Below are positions 18,741-29,373 of a stretch of DNA of 64,000 nt, in pieces; within the stretch, counting starts at the first letter, position 1, and every line of letters begins with the position of its first letter. Source of the stretch: Leptonemataceae bacterium (GTDB lineage: Bacteria > Spirochaetota > Leptospiria > Leptospirales > Leptonemataceae); NCBI GenBank assembly GCA_965227295.1, contig OZ245742.1, positions 4,064,001 to 4,128,000 of the forward strand, read 5' to 3'. Under the pieces are notes generated by a model, which saw nothing but the letters and a program-made list of their open reading frames with translations, was not told where the DNA came from and searched no databases. The translations under genes were made by a program, and so were the position numbers.

Positions 18741-18935
18741 AAAACCCGGGCGGGCTTCCAGTTTTGTCCGGGCCGCGCCGCTGTCTTCCAAAAATCGGCA
18801 TGATCCCTGGAATGAAAGTTGCCCGGACGTATCAACACACATGGATGGGCGCCGCGCACGGCTCCCCGTAGAACCCGAAAACCCGCGCGGGATATTTCTG
18901 CTGGATTACACAGCCCGGTATGATTTCCAGGTAAT

Positions 18936-20258
18936 GTGGCGAAGAAGCTGAAAGCCAAACAGAAGCTCGGCAAGTACAAGATCGAGCGGGTCCTGGCCGA
19001 TGGCGGCTTTGCGCGGGTCTATCGGGCGCGGGATACCATCGAGGGTACGAAGGTCGCGCTTAAGATTCCGCACCAGAATCTCATGTCGCCTCAGGCCCTG
19101 GAGATCTTCAAGAAAGAGGTGCGGCTCACGGCGCGGCTGGATCATCCCAACATCCTGCCGCTGAAGAACGCCAACTTCATCGACGACATGTTCGTCATTA
19201 CCATTCCCCTGGCCCAGCAAACGCTCGAACAACGCCTGCGGACCCGGCTGTCGTTAAAGACCGCTCTGGAGTACACCGAGCAGATCCTGGAGGGTCTGGC
19301 CGAGGCGCACAGTGAAAGCATCATTCACTGCGACATGAAGCCCGAAAACATTTTACTGTTTCCGGAGAATCGCCTGCGCATTACGGATTTCGGCATCGCT
19401 CGCGTGGCCCGGCGTACGCTCATGGTCTCCGGTTCGGGCACGCTGGGTTATATCGCGCCGGAGCAGGCCATGGGCAAGGCCTCGTTCGCCTCGGACGTTT
19501 TCTCCACGGGCCTCGTTCTCTGGCGCATGTTCTCCGGCAAACTTCCGGAATGGCCCTTTCGTCAACCGCTGCCGGGCTACGAACGCCTGCGCAAGCGCCT
19601 GCATCCGAACTTCGTCGCGTTTCTGTTACGCGCGATCGACACTGAACCGTCGCGACGTTTTCCCGACGCCGGCGCCATGCTGCGCGCGTTCCAGCGGCTG
19701 AAACCCTCGGCACTGAAGCGCGGCGATAAAAAAAAGAAGCAGCAGGCCGCGGCGAAGGCCAGGCAGAAGAACGACTGGCGCTTCGTCCTCTTCAAGCAGT
19801 TCCAGCGTGAGTTCGGCAAACAACTTGAATCGAAGAATACCTGTGCGCGCTGTTCCGGGCCCATCGCCGAAACCATGCAGCATTGCCCCTGGTGCGGACA
19901 CGGGGTGGCAAAGCCGAAGTTCAAAGGCACCCCGCGTTTCCCGTACCAGTGCCCGCGTTGCGAACGCGGTGTCAAAGCGGACTGGAAGTTCTGCCCGCAC
20001 TGTTACGGCGGCGCCATCGGGCCCCAGAGCAACCGCGAGTTCTCGGATCGTCGCTACACCGGCCGTTGTTCCAACACAAAATGCGGCCGAAAAACACTCA
20101 TGCCGTTTATGCGTTACTGTCCCTGGTGCAATCGCAAAGTCCGCAAGCCCTGGACCATAGCCGGTTCGAGAGATCGCTGTAAGTCCTGCGGCTGGGGCGT
20201 GCTGGGTTCGTTCTGGAAGGTGTGCCCGTGGTGTAAGACGACGATCCGAAGAGGATAA
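18936..20258 (+). CDS. Hanks-type Ser/Thr kinase with four C-terminal zinc ribbons
   Basis: GGFARVY, VALK, HCDMKPEN, DFG, GTLGYIAPE; eight CxxC-type pairs in the tail. Confidence 0.93.
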   Translation: MAKKLKAKQKLGKYKIERVLADGGFARVYRARDTIEGTKVALKIPHQNLMSPQALEIFKKEVRLTARLDHPNILPLKNANFIDDMFVITIPLAQQTLEQRLRTRLSLKTALEYTEQILEGLAEAHSESIIHCDMKPENILLFPENRLRITDFGIARVARRTLMVSGSGTLGYIAPEQAMGKASFASDVFSTGLVLWRMFSGKLPEWPFRQPLPGYERLRKRLHPNFVAFLLRAIDTEPSRRFPDAGAMLRAFQRLKPSALKRGDKKKKQQAAAKARQKNDWRFVLFKQFQREFGKQLESKNTCARCSGPIAETMQHCPWCGHGVAKPKFKGTPRFPYQCPRCERGVKADWKFCPHCYGGAIGPQSNREFSDRRYTGRCSNTKCGRKTLMPFMRYCPWCNRKVRKPWTIAGSRDRCKSCGWGVLGSFWKVCPWCKTTIRRG

Positions 20259-20264
20259 TGGACT

Positions 20265-20362
20265 CCGAGGACCGAGGTACCGAGAAAAAGACTCTGAGGG
20301 AGCCCGATCGCCTGCACACTGCGACCATTCTCCCATCTTCTCCTCGGTACCTCGGTCCTCGG
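20265..20362. repeat. Perfect 20-bp inverted repeat between convergent genes
   Basis: ccgaggaccgaggtaccgag (20265-20284) and ctcggtacctcggtcctcgg (20343-20362). Confidence 0.85.
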
Positions 20363-20365
20363 TGG

Positions 20366-21514
20366 TTAACCTTCTTTCAGCAAATGTTTGGCAATAATGT
20401 TCCGTTGAATCTGATTACTTCCTTCGACGATCTGGGTCGCCTTCGCATCACGTAACAGCCGCTCTACCGGATACTCGCGCATGTAACCGTAGCCGCCGAA
20501 GTACTGCACCGCCTCCGTGGCCGCGAACATGGCCGTGTCGCTCGCGAACAACTTCGCGCGGCTCGCTTCTTTGGAAAACGGCGCGCCCGCGTCCTTGCGC
20601 CTGGCCGCATCCAGGACGAGCAGACGCGAGGCCGCAATGCGCGTGTCCATATCGGCCAGGGTCCACTGTAAACCCTGAAATTCGTTGAGGCTTTTGCCGA
20701 AGGCCGAGCGTTCGTTTCCGTACCGTACGCATTCATCGAGGGAGCGCCGGGCGATGCCCACCGACGTCGCGGCGATGGTGATCCGACCGGAGTCCAGGGC
20801 CTGCATCGCAATCGAGAAACCGTCGCCTTCGTTGCCGATCAAATAATTCGCCGGCACGCTGAGATCTTCAAAACGTAAGCTTGCGAGCGGCGACGAACGC
20901 CAGCCCAGTTTTTTCTCGGCCTTGCCGAACGAAAGCCCCGGGGCGTCGCCGGGAACGTAAAAGCACGAGATGTTTTTGTGATTCGGCGTGCCGGCATCGT
21001 TCCCGGTGCGCGCGAGGACCATGTAGGCATCCGCCGCGCCGCCGTGGGTAATGAACTGCTTGCTTCCGTTGATGATGTACTCATCGCCCCGGCGTTGGGC
21101 CGTCGTGCGCAGGGCTGCGGCGTCCGAACCGCAGTGCGCTTCCGTGAGGGCGAAGGCGCCCAGGTGTTCGCCGGCGGCGAGGGCCGGCATCCAGCGCTCG
21201 CGTTGTTCGGTCGTGCCGAAGCGTTCCAGGATGATTTGCGGCAGACCGTTAACCGCAATCGTAACCGCGAAGCTCGAGCTGGCCCAGGCAAGTTCTTCCA
21301 AAATAAGGGCGTAGACCGCGTAGCCCAGTCCGGCGCCGCCGTAGTCCTCGGGCGCCACGACGCCCGTGAGCCCGGCCGCCCCGGCCTTCGTAAAGAGGCC
21401 GCGATCGAAGTGTTCGCGTTCATCGTTTTCGGCCTCGACGGCTTCGATTTCTTTTTTCGCGAAGTCTCGCGCCAGTTCAATGAGAGTCTCGTGTTCCTGC
21501 AGTTCGGTGATCAT
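20366..21514 (-). CDS. Acyl-CoA dehydrogenase
   Basis: [62 protein letters not shown]. Confidence 0.96.
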   Translation of the reverse strand: MITELQEHETLIELARDFAKKEIEAVEAENDEREHFDRGLFTKAGAAGLTGVVAPEDYGGAGLGYAVYALILEELAWASSSFAVTIAVNGLPQIILERFGTTEQRERWMPALAAGEHLGAFALTEAHCGSDAAALRTTAQRRGDEYIINGSKQFITHGGAADAYMVLARTGNDAGTPNHKNISCFYVPGDAPGLSFGKAEKKLGWRSSPLASLRFEDLSVPANYLIGNEGDGFSIAMQALDSGRITIAATSVGIARRSLDECVRYGNERSAFGKSLNEFQGLQWTLADMDTRIAASRLLVLDAARRKDAGAPFSKEASRAKLFASDTAMFAATEAVQYFGGYGYMREYPVERLLRDAKATQIVEGSNQIQRNIIAKHLLKEG

Positions 21515-21593
21515 ATCGAAGGCTCGCGCGACGGCATGCGCTGGCGAACATTTTTTAGCAGACAAGGACCGTCGCCGGAGTCCGGTGGAACGC

Positions 21594-22925
21594 ATGCCCC
21601 TGACTCGCTGGTCCATGTATGCCGTCTTCGCCGCCGCCGTACTGTTGTTTCTCGGTGTGCGCACCCTGGCGCCCCACGCCCAGATCGTCGGCGACGGCGT
21701 CGGCTATCACTTCTGGACCCACGGCCTCATCACCGGCAACCTGGATTTCTGCAGTTACGGCGGACTCCTGAAAGACGTGGGCGCTTTCGCGGTGGATGGG
21801 AACGGCAACTGTCAGATCAAGTACCCGCCTGGCCTGGCGGTGCTGCGCTTTCCGGTGATGTACTGGTTCGTCGATCCGCACACAAGCACGGCCATCTCGT
21901 ACGGTGAACACCAGGCTTCGTCGTACCTCGGCGCTCTCGCTCTGGCACTCACGATCTTTTTTTTGAGCATGATTTTACACGGCCAGGGAGTCCGCCCGCG
22001 GCGCGCGCAGTTCGTCGTCCTGAGCGGCGTCCTCGGCCTCGGCATGTATCATTACGCGATCATTGAAAACAGCATGTCCCACATCTACTCGGCTATGTTT
22101 CTTTCCGGCCTCGCCTGGATCGGCGAGCGCCTGTGGCGCCTGCGTCCCGGATTGCCCGACGCCCTGGCACCGACTCACGCGGCGCTCTTGCCGCTGCTTG
22201 CGTTCGTCTTTGCGTTCTTCGTGATTCAACTGCGCAACGTGAACGTGTTTCTGGTGGCGCTCTTGCTGGCGTTCTTCGGCCTCGCGTTTCTGCGCAGTCG
22301 CCGCGGATTGTTCGCTGCTCTGGCCGGCGGTGTCGGCGTACTCGCGGGCATAGTGGTGCAGTTGAGTTACAACGCGTACATCAAAGGCGGTTTCGCCCTG
22401 AGCAGCTACGAGGGCTCCGGCGGATTTTTGTGGGACCGGCCCATGATGTGGAGCGTCCTGTTCAGTTACTCCACGGGCATCTTTCCGTACTACCTGGTCC
22501 TGGCGGTGATGATGATCGTCGCCCTCAGCTACGGCCGCAGTCGTCCCCTGGCGCTGATCATGCTCGTCGTCGTTTTGTTTTACGCCGCGCTCTACGGCTA
22601 CTGGGAGCAGTGGGACCTGGGTCATTCCTTCGGACACCGCGGTTTCGTGGAGCTGTTCCCGCCGGTGATCATAGCATTCGGTCTCGCCGCGGAAGAGATG
22701 GATGATTTGCCCTGGCAGGCCGTGGTGCTTGTCTGCACGGTCGTGGTGCTCGCAACGATTAACGCCATGTTCGCCTACTACTTCGGGCAACTACCGCATC
22801 AATATGCCACGGGTGCGGAGTTCCGGAGCGCCGTGTTCGCCTTCGGAAACATTCCGGCCTGGGCCTACACCCAACACGTTGCCTGGTTGCTCGTGGCCGC
22901 CCTGGCATTGCGAAAGTCGGCGTGA
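21594..22925 (+). CDS. Polytopic membrane protein, probable GT-C-fold glycosyltransferase
   Basis: First-loop GDGVGY, KYPPG, SHIYS, many TM helices, [12 protein letters not shown]. Confidence 0.65.
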   Translation: MPLTRWSMYAVFAAAVLLFLGVRTLAPHAQIVGDGVGYHFWTHGLITGNLDFCSYGGLLKDVGAFAVDGNGNCQIKYPPGLAVLRFPVMYWFVDPHTSTAISYGEHQASSYLGALALALTIFFLSMILHGQGVRPRRAQFVVLSGVLGLGMYHYAIIENSMSHIYSAMFLSGLAWIGERLWRLRPGLPDALAPTHAALLPLLAFVFAFFVIQLRNVNVFLVALLLAFFGLAFLRSRRGLFAALAGGVGVLAGIVVQLSYNAYIKGGFALSSYEGSGGFLWDRPMMWSVLFSYSTGIFPYYLVLAVMMIVALSYGRSRPLALIMLVVVLFYAALYGYWEQWDLGHSFGHRGFVELFPPVIIAFGLAAEEMDDLPWQAVVLVCTVVVLATINAMFAYYFGQLPHQYATGAEFRSAVFAFGNIPAWAYTQHVAWLLVAALALRKSA

Positions 22926-23359
22926 GTCTTTCATTTTCTGAAACAGCAAGGGGATTATTGTCCCAATACACGTCTCACCTTGAAGGGTCAAGGTCGGACG
23001 CAGGCTGCGCTTTTTGGAATATAGTTCTTGCGGTAAGAATCAGCCGCAGCCACCGTTCATTCATCTTGGAAGACAGCGCGTTCATCCGGAAGCTGAGAGA
23101 AGAAGGCATCCAGAGCCTCGACCTCCCCGACGACTTCCCCCGCATCGAGTTCGATCGAAGCGGCTTCCCCATCGTTCCCGGCGACGTCGTTGCGGAAATC
23201 GAACGGCGAAATCAGGTGCGCCTGGACCTTCACAACGAACTTCCGCTGGTCATCATCCTCTGGTACCTGCGCAAGCGTCAGGACGGCTACCGCGAGCCCA
23301 TCCTCGAAGAATCCATCGAGGAAGTCGTGCAGGAAGACTTCCAGAACTCCTTGAACTGA
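22922..23359 (+). CDS. Hypothetical protein (true start may be TTG 23066)
   Basis: Host-like codon usage from ~23066 onward (EDSAFIRKLREEGIQ...). Confidence 0.6.
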   Translation: MSLSFSETARGLLSQYTSHLEGSRSDAGCAFWNIVLAVRISRSHRSFILEDSAFIRKLREEGIQSLDLPDDFPRIEFDRSGFPIVPGDVVAEIERRNQVRLDLHNELPLVIILWYLRKRQDGYREPILEESIEEVVQEDFQNSLN

Positions 23360-23804
23360 TCGCCCATTCAAACCCCGGGCAATGCGGGTACAGGCGTCGC
23401 TCACTCCTCCGATGGATTTCGTGCGATCGATCTGAGCCAGAAAACCTCCGGCAGTGACGCCCCGGGAGCCGGCTTCCTCCACGTCGCTGAGAGAACCGAG
23501 TATGCGGACGTAATACACGTCGATCTCGTTTTCGATCTCCATGATCTTACGAATGCGATCGTTGGCGCCGACCTCGGGCGGTCGGATCCCCGGAAACAGC
23601 ATTGGCACCAGAATTAACATTCGATAAAAAAAAGCTAACGCTCGGGCGTCGCCGAAGACGACTGCAGAATTACGGTGAAGGCGGTGCCGATCCCCACGAA
23701 TAGAATGACGCTTACCTTGACAGGGAAACGATTCCGCAACCGAATAACCGAGCACTTTTCGGATTGCGAAATGAACACGATTCCGAAAATAGTAAATAAC
23801 TTTA

Positions 23805-25388
23805 ATGGAATTCGAATCGACCTCTCTCCGCATCGTGCGACGACTTATGATCGGCGCTTTTATCTTCAGCACGGCCTGCACCGGTGCCGCCGCTCCGGCG
23901 GACTGTTCCTTCGGCCAGGCCTGCGATCCGCTGACGTTACTCATTAATTACAACTTCGTGACCGTACCGGTCACCCCCAACGACTTCAACGGCGACGGTT
24001 ACTCTGACGTTGTCGTCGGCGCGGCCCAGAGCGGCGGCCCCAGCACCGGCTATGCCGATTTCATCTTCGGGAACGCGGACTTCTTCACGAGCCGCCAGAC
24101 CGCGCGAATCACGGGTACGGATACGGTGAACGGGCAGTTCGGCCTCGTCGGCGGCATCGGCGATGTGAATAACGACGGGATCGATGATGTGGCTTTCGGA
24201 GAGATCGGTGCCGGTCAGGGGCGGGGCTTCGTGTTTCTCGGCCGCCACGTATGGCCGGAGAACCAGACCTCGGACGCGGCCACGTGTATCATCGAGTCCG
24301 AGAACATTACCGCCACGGATTACCTCGCGTCGCACATCGCACGCCTCGGCGATCTGAACGGGGACAACATCGACGATTTTGCGGTGGCCGCCACAAACCT
24401 CTTGAACACGGGCGGTGCGAACATCCTCTATGTTTTCTTCGGCGGCAGCACTCTGAACTGCGATACGACGCAGCCGTCCCTGGAAATCGCCGGCGGCGGC
24501 GGGACCGGCCTCGGGGTGGCCGCTTTCGACTGGAACGGCGACGGCCGACGCGATCTCATCGTCGGGGCACCGCGGGCCACCGGGGCGGCGGCGGACAGCG
24601 GTCAGGTCTACGTCTACTTCGGCGATGATCAACTCTACGGCGGCGGTTCGTTCGGCATCAGCGATGCGGACCTGGTCATTTCCGGGGTCGCTCCGGATCG
24701 CATCGGCCGCGGGATCGCGGATCTTGGAGACATCAACCTGGACGGTTACGACGACGTGCTCATCGGGGCGCCGGCGGGATCGACAACCACCGACGACGGT
24801 CGGGCGTATCTTCTGTTCTGCGGCCCGACGATGACCGGTTTTCCCGAGAATACTCTGATCAGCGAGTTGCCCGGTGTCGTGACGTTCACCGGTGAAAACA
24901 TCCTTACCACGGGCGCGGATTACTTCGGGCAGTCCGTCGAGCTTTTGCCGGATTACAACGGCGACGGATATCGGGACTTCATTATTACAGCCTCCAAATC
25001 GGACGGAAACCCCGCCTCCGAGCGCGCCTACATGTACTCCTACTCGCCGTCCCTGAGCGGGACGGTCACATTCTCTTCCGCCTATGCAATCATCACGAGC
25101 ACCGACAAATTCGGCTGGATGGTCGCGTCGCCGGGGGACCTCAATAACGACGGCATTGCCGACTTTGCCGTGTCCCACTTCAACTATCCCACCGGCCCGC
25201 GGAATGGGGTGTTGCGCTTCTTTCGCGGCCAATCATACACCGGCAGCTTCGCGGACACCGAGAACGCGTTTTCGTTCGAAGGGGCCGGGACCAATGATTT
25301 CTACGGGGTTTCGGTCACGCGGGGTTATGAAGATGTGGAACCGTACCTTCAGTCGCCGTATTTTTCCGGGTTGCAAATCCATCCGTAG
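23805..25388 (+). CDS. FG-GAP (integrin-alpha-like) repeat lipoprotein
   Basis: FIFSTAC lipobox; repeated D(F/V/L)NGDG.DD...GAP motifs. Confidence 0.92.
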   Translation: MEFESTSLRIVRRLMIGAFIFSTACTGAAAPADCSFGQACDPLTLLINYNFVTVPVTPNDFNGDGYSDVVVGAAQSGGPSTGYADFIFGNADFFTSRQTARITGTDTVNGQFGLVGGIGDVNNDGIDDVAFGEIGAGQGRGFVFLGRHVWPENQTSDAATCIIESENITATDYLASHIARLGDLNGDNIDDFAVAATNLLNTGGANILYVFFGGSTLNCDTTQPSLEIAGGGGTGLGVAAFDWNGDGRRDLIVGAPRATGAAADSGQVYVYFGDDQLYGGGSFGISDADLVISGVAPDRIGRGIADLGDINLDGYDDVLIGAPAGSTTTDDGRAYLLFCGPTMTGFPENTLISELPGVVTFTGENILTTGADYFGQSVELLPDYNGDGYRDFIITASKSDGNPASERAYMYSYSPSLSGTVTFSSAYAIITSTDKFGWMVASPGDLNNDGIADFAVSHFNYPTGPRNGVLRFFRGQSYTGSFADTENAFSFEGAGTNDFYGVSVTRGYEDVEPYLQSPYFSGLQIHP

Positions 25389-25584
25389 GCGGGAGCGCCG
25401 ATTCTGGTCAGACATCATCTGCGGAACAATGTTGGCCAGGGTTCACTTTTTTTCCGAACCGTACGGCAAAATTGGTAAAAATGTGAGAGAATCCCTGGCA
25501 TTGTTGTTGGTTTAAGAGTATGTGCGTATGATCTTCCGTCTAATTTTGAAGGAAGTCGCAGCCGTCTGAGGACAGAAGAGCGGG

Positions 25585-28500
25585 ATGAAACGGGCCCTCG
25601 TTATACTTTCGTTGTCGGTATTCACCAACTGTTGGGCCGGACACCCTGTGACCGGGCTACTGGGTGCCCTGGGCGGCACCGGTGCCGGGGGAAGTGGGAC
25701 CGGCGATCTACTGACCCTGACGGCCCTGATCGGTGGGGCGGGTGCCGGCGGCTCCGCCTCCGCCTCTCCGGGGTTCACCGCCAGCACCACGAATCTTATC
25801 GTCAGCGAGAGCGGGAGTTCGGCCAGCTTTGATCTACGATTGAACGCGGCCCCGAACGGTCTGGTCGTCGTGGACGTCGCCATGTCCGACTATACCGAGG
25901 CCACATGCGGGGCCGGCAGCCTGGTATTCACCACGTCGAACTGGTCCGAGGCGCAGACCGTCACCGTCACCGGCGTGGACGACACGACGGCCGACGGCAA
26001 TCAGAACGTTACGGTGCTGCTGACATTGGGCAGCAGCACCAGCGACACCAGCGGCTACGCGGACCTCGATCCGGACGATGTAATCGTCGTAAACTCGGAC
26101 GATGACCAGCCGGGAGTTACCGTAAGTCCCACGTCGGTGAACGTATCCGAAACCGCGACCGTCGATTCGTTCAGCGTCGTGCTGAATACGGAACCGGACA
26201 ACAACGTCGTCGTAGACATTGCAAACCCCGACACCGGCGAGGCGAGTATCAGCGCCGCGAGCCTGACGTTCACCGTCGCCGATTGGGATACTCCTCAATC
26301 CGTCAACGTCACCGGCGTGGACGATGCCCTGAGTGACGGCGCGCAGGTCTTTTCCCTGGCGCTCACGATCAACGGCGGCTCCACCTTTGATACCACCGGT
26401 TACGCCGGCCTCGATCCGGATGATGTTACGGTCACCAACTCGGACGACGACAGCCCGGGCTTTACCGTGGTGGGCGGGCCGGTCACGAGCGTGGAGGGGG
26501 GCACCGCGCAGAACTTTACGATCCGTCCCAACACTCAGCCGGCCGGGGCAAACATCGTGAGCGTCTCCCTCGTGAGCAACGATACCACCGAGGCAACGGT
26601 GTCTCCGTCGACCATCACCTGGAACAACGGCGACTGGACGACGGCCAAATCAGTGACCGTCACGCCCGTGGACGACAGCTTAACCGACGGCGCCCAGGCC
26701 TTTACTGTGGACTTCAGCCCGGCGGCGAGTACCGCGGCCGGGTATGCCGGGCTCCCCACGCAGTCCGTAAACGTTACGAACAACGACAATGATTCACCGG
26801 GCTTCATGACGACGGGTACGCCGGTGAGCACAACGGAAGGCGGCAGCGGTGTGTCGTTTATGATTCGCCCGGCCACCGAACCTTCCGGTGCTAATATCGT
26901 CAGCATAACAGTTAGCAGCAACGACACAAGCGAGGGCACCGTATCGGCGACACCGGTGACCTGGAGCAGCGCCGACTGGACCACGTACAAATCCGTCACC
27001 GTCACGCCGGTGGACGACAGTCTCACCGACGGCGCCGTGGGCTACACGCTCACCATCAATCCCGCCGCCAGTTCCGAGGCGGCTTACGCCGGCATGGGGA
27101 CTTCGACGGTGAACGTCACGAACAACGACGACGATTCCGCGGGTTTCATTTATACCAGCACGCCGGTGAGCACCGCCGAGGGCGGTGGTGCCGTGACGTT
27201 TACCGTTCGACCGCAAACGCAACCGGCGGTGGGCAACAACGTAAGTCTTTCGATCAGCAGTTCGGATACCAGCGAGGTCACGGTGTCGCCGAGCAACGTG
27301 AGCTGGAGCAACGCCACCTGGAGCTCGGCTACGACTATCACCGTCACGCCGGTGGACGACAGCCTCACCGACGGCGCGGTCGCTTATACCATCAACCTGA
27401 ATCCGTCCGGCAGCACGGAATCCTCGTACTCCGGACTCGGGACACAGACCGTCAACGGAACACACGCCGACAACGATACTGCGGGCTTCAGCATGACCGG
27501 CGTACCCGTAACGACTGCCGAGGGCGGCGGCTCCGTAACCTTCAACATCCGGCCGGATACGGAACCGTCCGGCGGGAACACCATTGTTGCGAACTTTGTA
27601 AGCAACGACACATCGGAAGGAACGGTAACGTCCTCGGTCTCCTGGACCAGCGCCGACTGGACGACGTACAAACCCGTTACGGTCACCCCGGTGCAGGATG
27701 CCGTGGCGGACGGTGCGATCGGTTATACGATCTCCGTATCCGGCGGCGGGACCGAGTCGAGTTACGGCAGTGTGAATACCAGCGTGAACGTTACGAACAA
27801 CGACGATGACGCCGTGGGTTACAACATCTCCGCGATCAGCGGCGGCACCACCGAGTCGGGCGGCACGGCGACATTTACGGTGAGCCTTACCTCGGAGCCG
27901 ACAGGCACGGTGAACATCGGTCTCAGCAGCAGTAATACGGCCGAAGGTACCGTGGGAACTTCCGTTTCGTTCAACGCGGGCGACTGGAGTTCGGCGAAGA
28001 CCGTCACGGTCACCGGCGTGGACGACGGCGCGGTGGACGGTAACGTTACTTATTCGATCATTACGGCGATCCCGACGGGAAGCGACACGTCCGGTTATCT
28101 TTCGAGCAATCCGGCGGATGTTAGCGTGGTAAACTGGGACGACGAAACCCGTCGGATCTTTGCGACGACGAACCAGTGGATCGGCGGCAGCATCGGCGGC
28201 ACGGCCGGCGCGGACTCTAAGTGTACCACCGAAGCCGCGAGCCGCGGTTATCCGGGAACCTGGAAGGCATTGATCGCGCAGCCCAACGCCAGTTATCCGC
28301 CGTTGCGCAGAGCGTGTACTACCTCCAACTGTACGACGGACGAGGGCATTGATTGGGTACTCTACGCGAACTTGACTTATTACCGTGCGGATGACGATGC
28401 CCTGATCGGAACCACGAACAGCGGGCGCATTTTCATCTTCCCGTTGACGAACGCCTTCGCAACGTCCCTCCCGCGGACCTGGACGAGTTTCTACGCCGAC

Positions 28501-28665
28501 TGGGTCGGCGGCGCGACGAACTTCAATTGCAACGGTTGGACGGATACGTCGGCGGGCCTGTTCGGCGGCATCAGCGATCCCAATGTTACGAGTAGCTCTT
28601 CGATTTATGGCGGCGGCTACAGTTGCCAGTCCGGAACCGCGCGTCTGATTTGCGCCGAGCAATAG
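25585..28665 (+). CDS. Surface lipoprotein with seven Calx-beta/cadherin-like repeats and a C-terminal DUF1554 (Len/endostatin-like) domain
   Basis: SVFTNC lipobox; ~114-aa repeats with VTVT(G/P)VDD..DG; C-terminal GG..GADSKC...WKALI...RRACTTSNC...DWVL...CNGW...LICAEQ. Confidence 0.9.
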   Translation: MKRALVILSLSVFTNCWAGHPVTGLLGALGGTGAGGSGTGDLLTLTALIGGAGAGGSASASPGFTASTTNLIVSESGSSASFDLRLNAAPNGLVVVDVAMSDYTEATCGAGSLVFTTSNWSEAQTVTVTGVDDTTADGNQNVTVLLTLGSSTSDTSGYADLDPDDVIVVNSDDDQPGVTVSPTSVNVSETATVDSFSVVLNTEPDNNVVVDIANPDTGEASISAASLTFTVADWDTPQSVNVTGVDDALSDGAQVFSLALTINGGSTFDTTGYAGLDPDDVTVTNSDDDSPGFTVVGGPVTSVEGGTAQNFTIRPNTQPAGANIVSVSLVSNDTTEATVSPSTITWNNGDWTTAKSVTVTPVDDSLTDGAQAFTVDFSPAASTAAGYAGLPTQSVNVTNNDNDSPGFMTTGTPVSTTEGGSGVSFMIRPATEPSGANIVSITVSSNDTSEGTVSATPVTWSSADWTTYKSVTVTPVDDSLTDGAVGYTLTINPAASSEAAYAGMGTSTVNVTNNDDDSAGFIYTSTPVSTAEGGGAVTFTVRPQTQPAVGNNVSLSISSSDTSEVTVSPSNVSWSNATWSSATTITVTPVDDSLTDGAVAYTINLNPSGSTESSYSGLGTQTVNGTHADNDTAGFSMTGVPVTTAEGGGSVTFNIRPDTEPSGGNTIVANFVSNDTSEGTVTSSVSWTSADWTTYKPVTVTPVQDAVADGAIGYTISVSGGGTESSYGSVNTSVNVTNNDDDAVGYNISAISGGTTESGGTATFTVSLTSEPTGTVNIGLSSSNTAEGTVGTSVSFNAGDWSSAKTVTVTGVDDGAVDGNVTYSIITAIPTGSDTSGYLSSNPADVSVVNWDDETRRIFATTNQWIGGSIGGTAGADSKCTTEAASRGYPGTWKALIAQPNASYPPLRRACTTSNCTTDEGIDWVLYANLTYYRADDDALIGTTNSGRIFIFPLTNAFATSLPRTWTSFYADWVGGATNFNCNGWTDTSAGLFGGISDPNVTSSSSIYGGGYSCQSGTARLICAEQ

Positions 28666-28771
28666 CAGGGTGCGCCGCAATTGGAGTTCGGCGCATACCG
28701 GCGTTGCTGAAAGAAGTTTGCGTATAAGTTTTGGCGTGGACGACGACGCAGTAGTCCGATCATTTACGCAC

Positions 28772-29080
28772 ATGAACGAAGCAAACTCCGGCGAGTCGAT
28801 CCTGATTGAATACGTGGACGAAGGCCACAAGGGCGCCTTCGTCGTACGCCGCGACGGCGTACGATTGGCGGAGCTCACCTACACCGGCGCGGGCGATACC
28901 GTGATTTTTGATCACACTCACGTGGACGACGTACTGCGCGGCCAGGGCGTCGGCGTAAAACTCGTGGAAGCCGCCGTTGCCTGGGCTCGCGAGAATCACA
29001 AGGCCGTAATCGCCCTGTGTCCGTTTGCCAAAGCCACGTTCGAGAAACGGGCGGATTTGCGAGATGTGTTGAAAGGTTGA
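28772..29080 (+). CDS. GNAT acetyltransferase, YjdJ-like
   Basis: AELTY, FDHTHVDDVLRGQGVG, ALCPFA. Confidence 0.92.
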   Translation: MNEANSGESILIEYVDEGHKGAFVVRRDGVRLAELTYTGAGDTVIFDHTHVDDVLRGQGVGVKLVEAAVAWARENHKAVIALCPFAKATFEKRADLRDVLKG

Positions 29081-29087
29081 GATGGTC

Positions 29088-29306
29088 TCAACGAACGCGC
29101 ATGGAGTCAAAAAACATGCGAAAGATCTTTTTCCCGTCTTGATTCACGTCGTCAGGGGCGAAACCCAGGGAATAGATCTTACGAGAGTGCACCAGTGTTG
29201 CATAGCCCTGCAGCTGGCTGAGGATCAAGAGACAGACCGTCTTCGAGTTGGACTTTTTCCAGACACCGCTTTTCTGTATTGATTGAACGAGGGAACGCGC
29301 CAGGTT
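29088..29306 (-). pseudogene. Possible 3' remnant of a TetR-family regulator
   Basis: Open frame directly after a TAG, with no ATG start: NLARSLVQSIQKSGVWKKSNSKTVCLLILSQLQGYATLVHSRKI...; resembles TetR C-terminal helices. Confidence 0.3.
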
Positions 29307-29373
29307 CTAAGCTGAAAGTCATATTTGATCAACGACGGTTTGGGAATATGCGGACGGATCCATCAGGCTACTA

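Noticed and set aside
23057..23944. Minus-strand 295-aa ORF
   Set aside because: Overlaps two better-supported plus-strand genes and has no recognisable family
26794..28878. 694-aa antisense ORF, and similar long shadow ORFs at 8557-9858, 11860-13422 and 23937-25232
   Set aside because: Typical stop-poor antisense frames of high-GC genes
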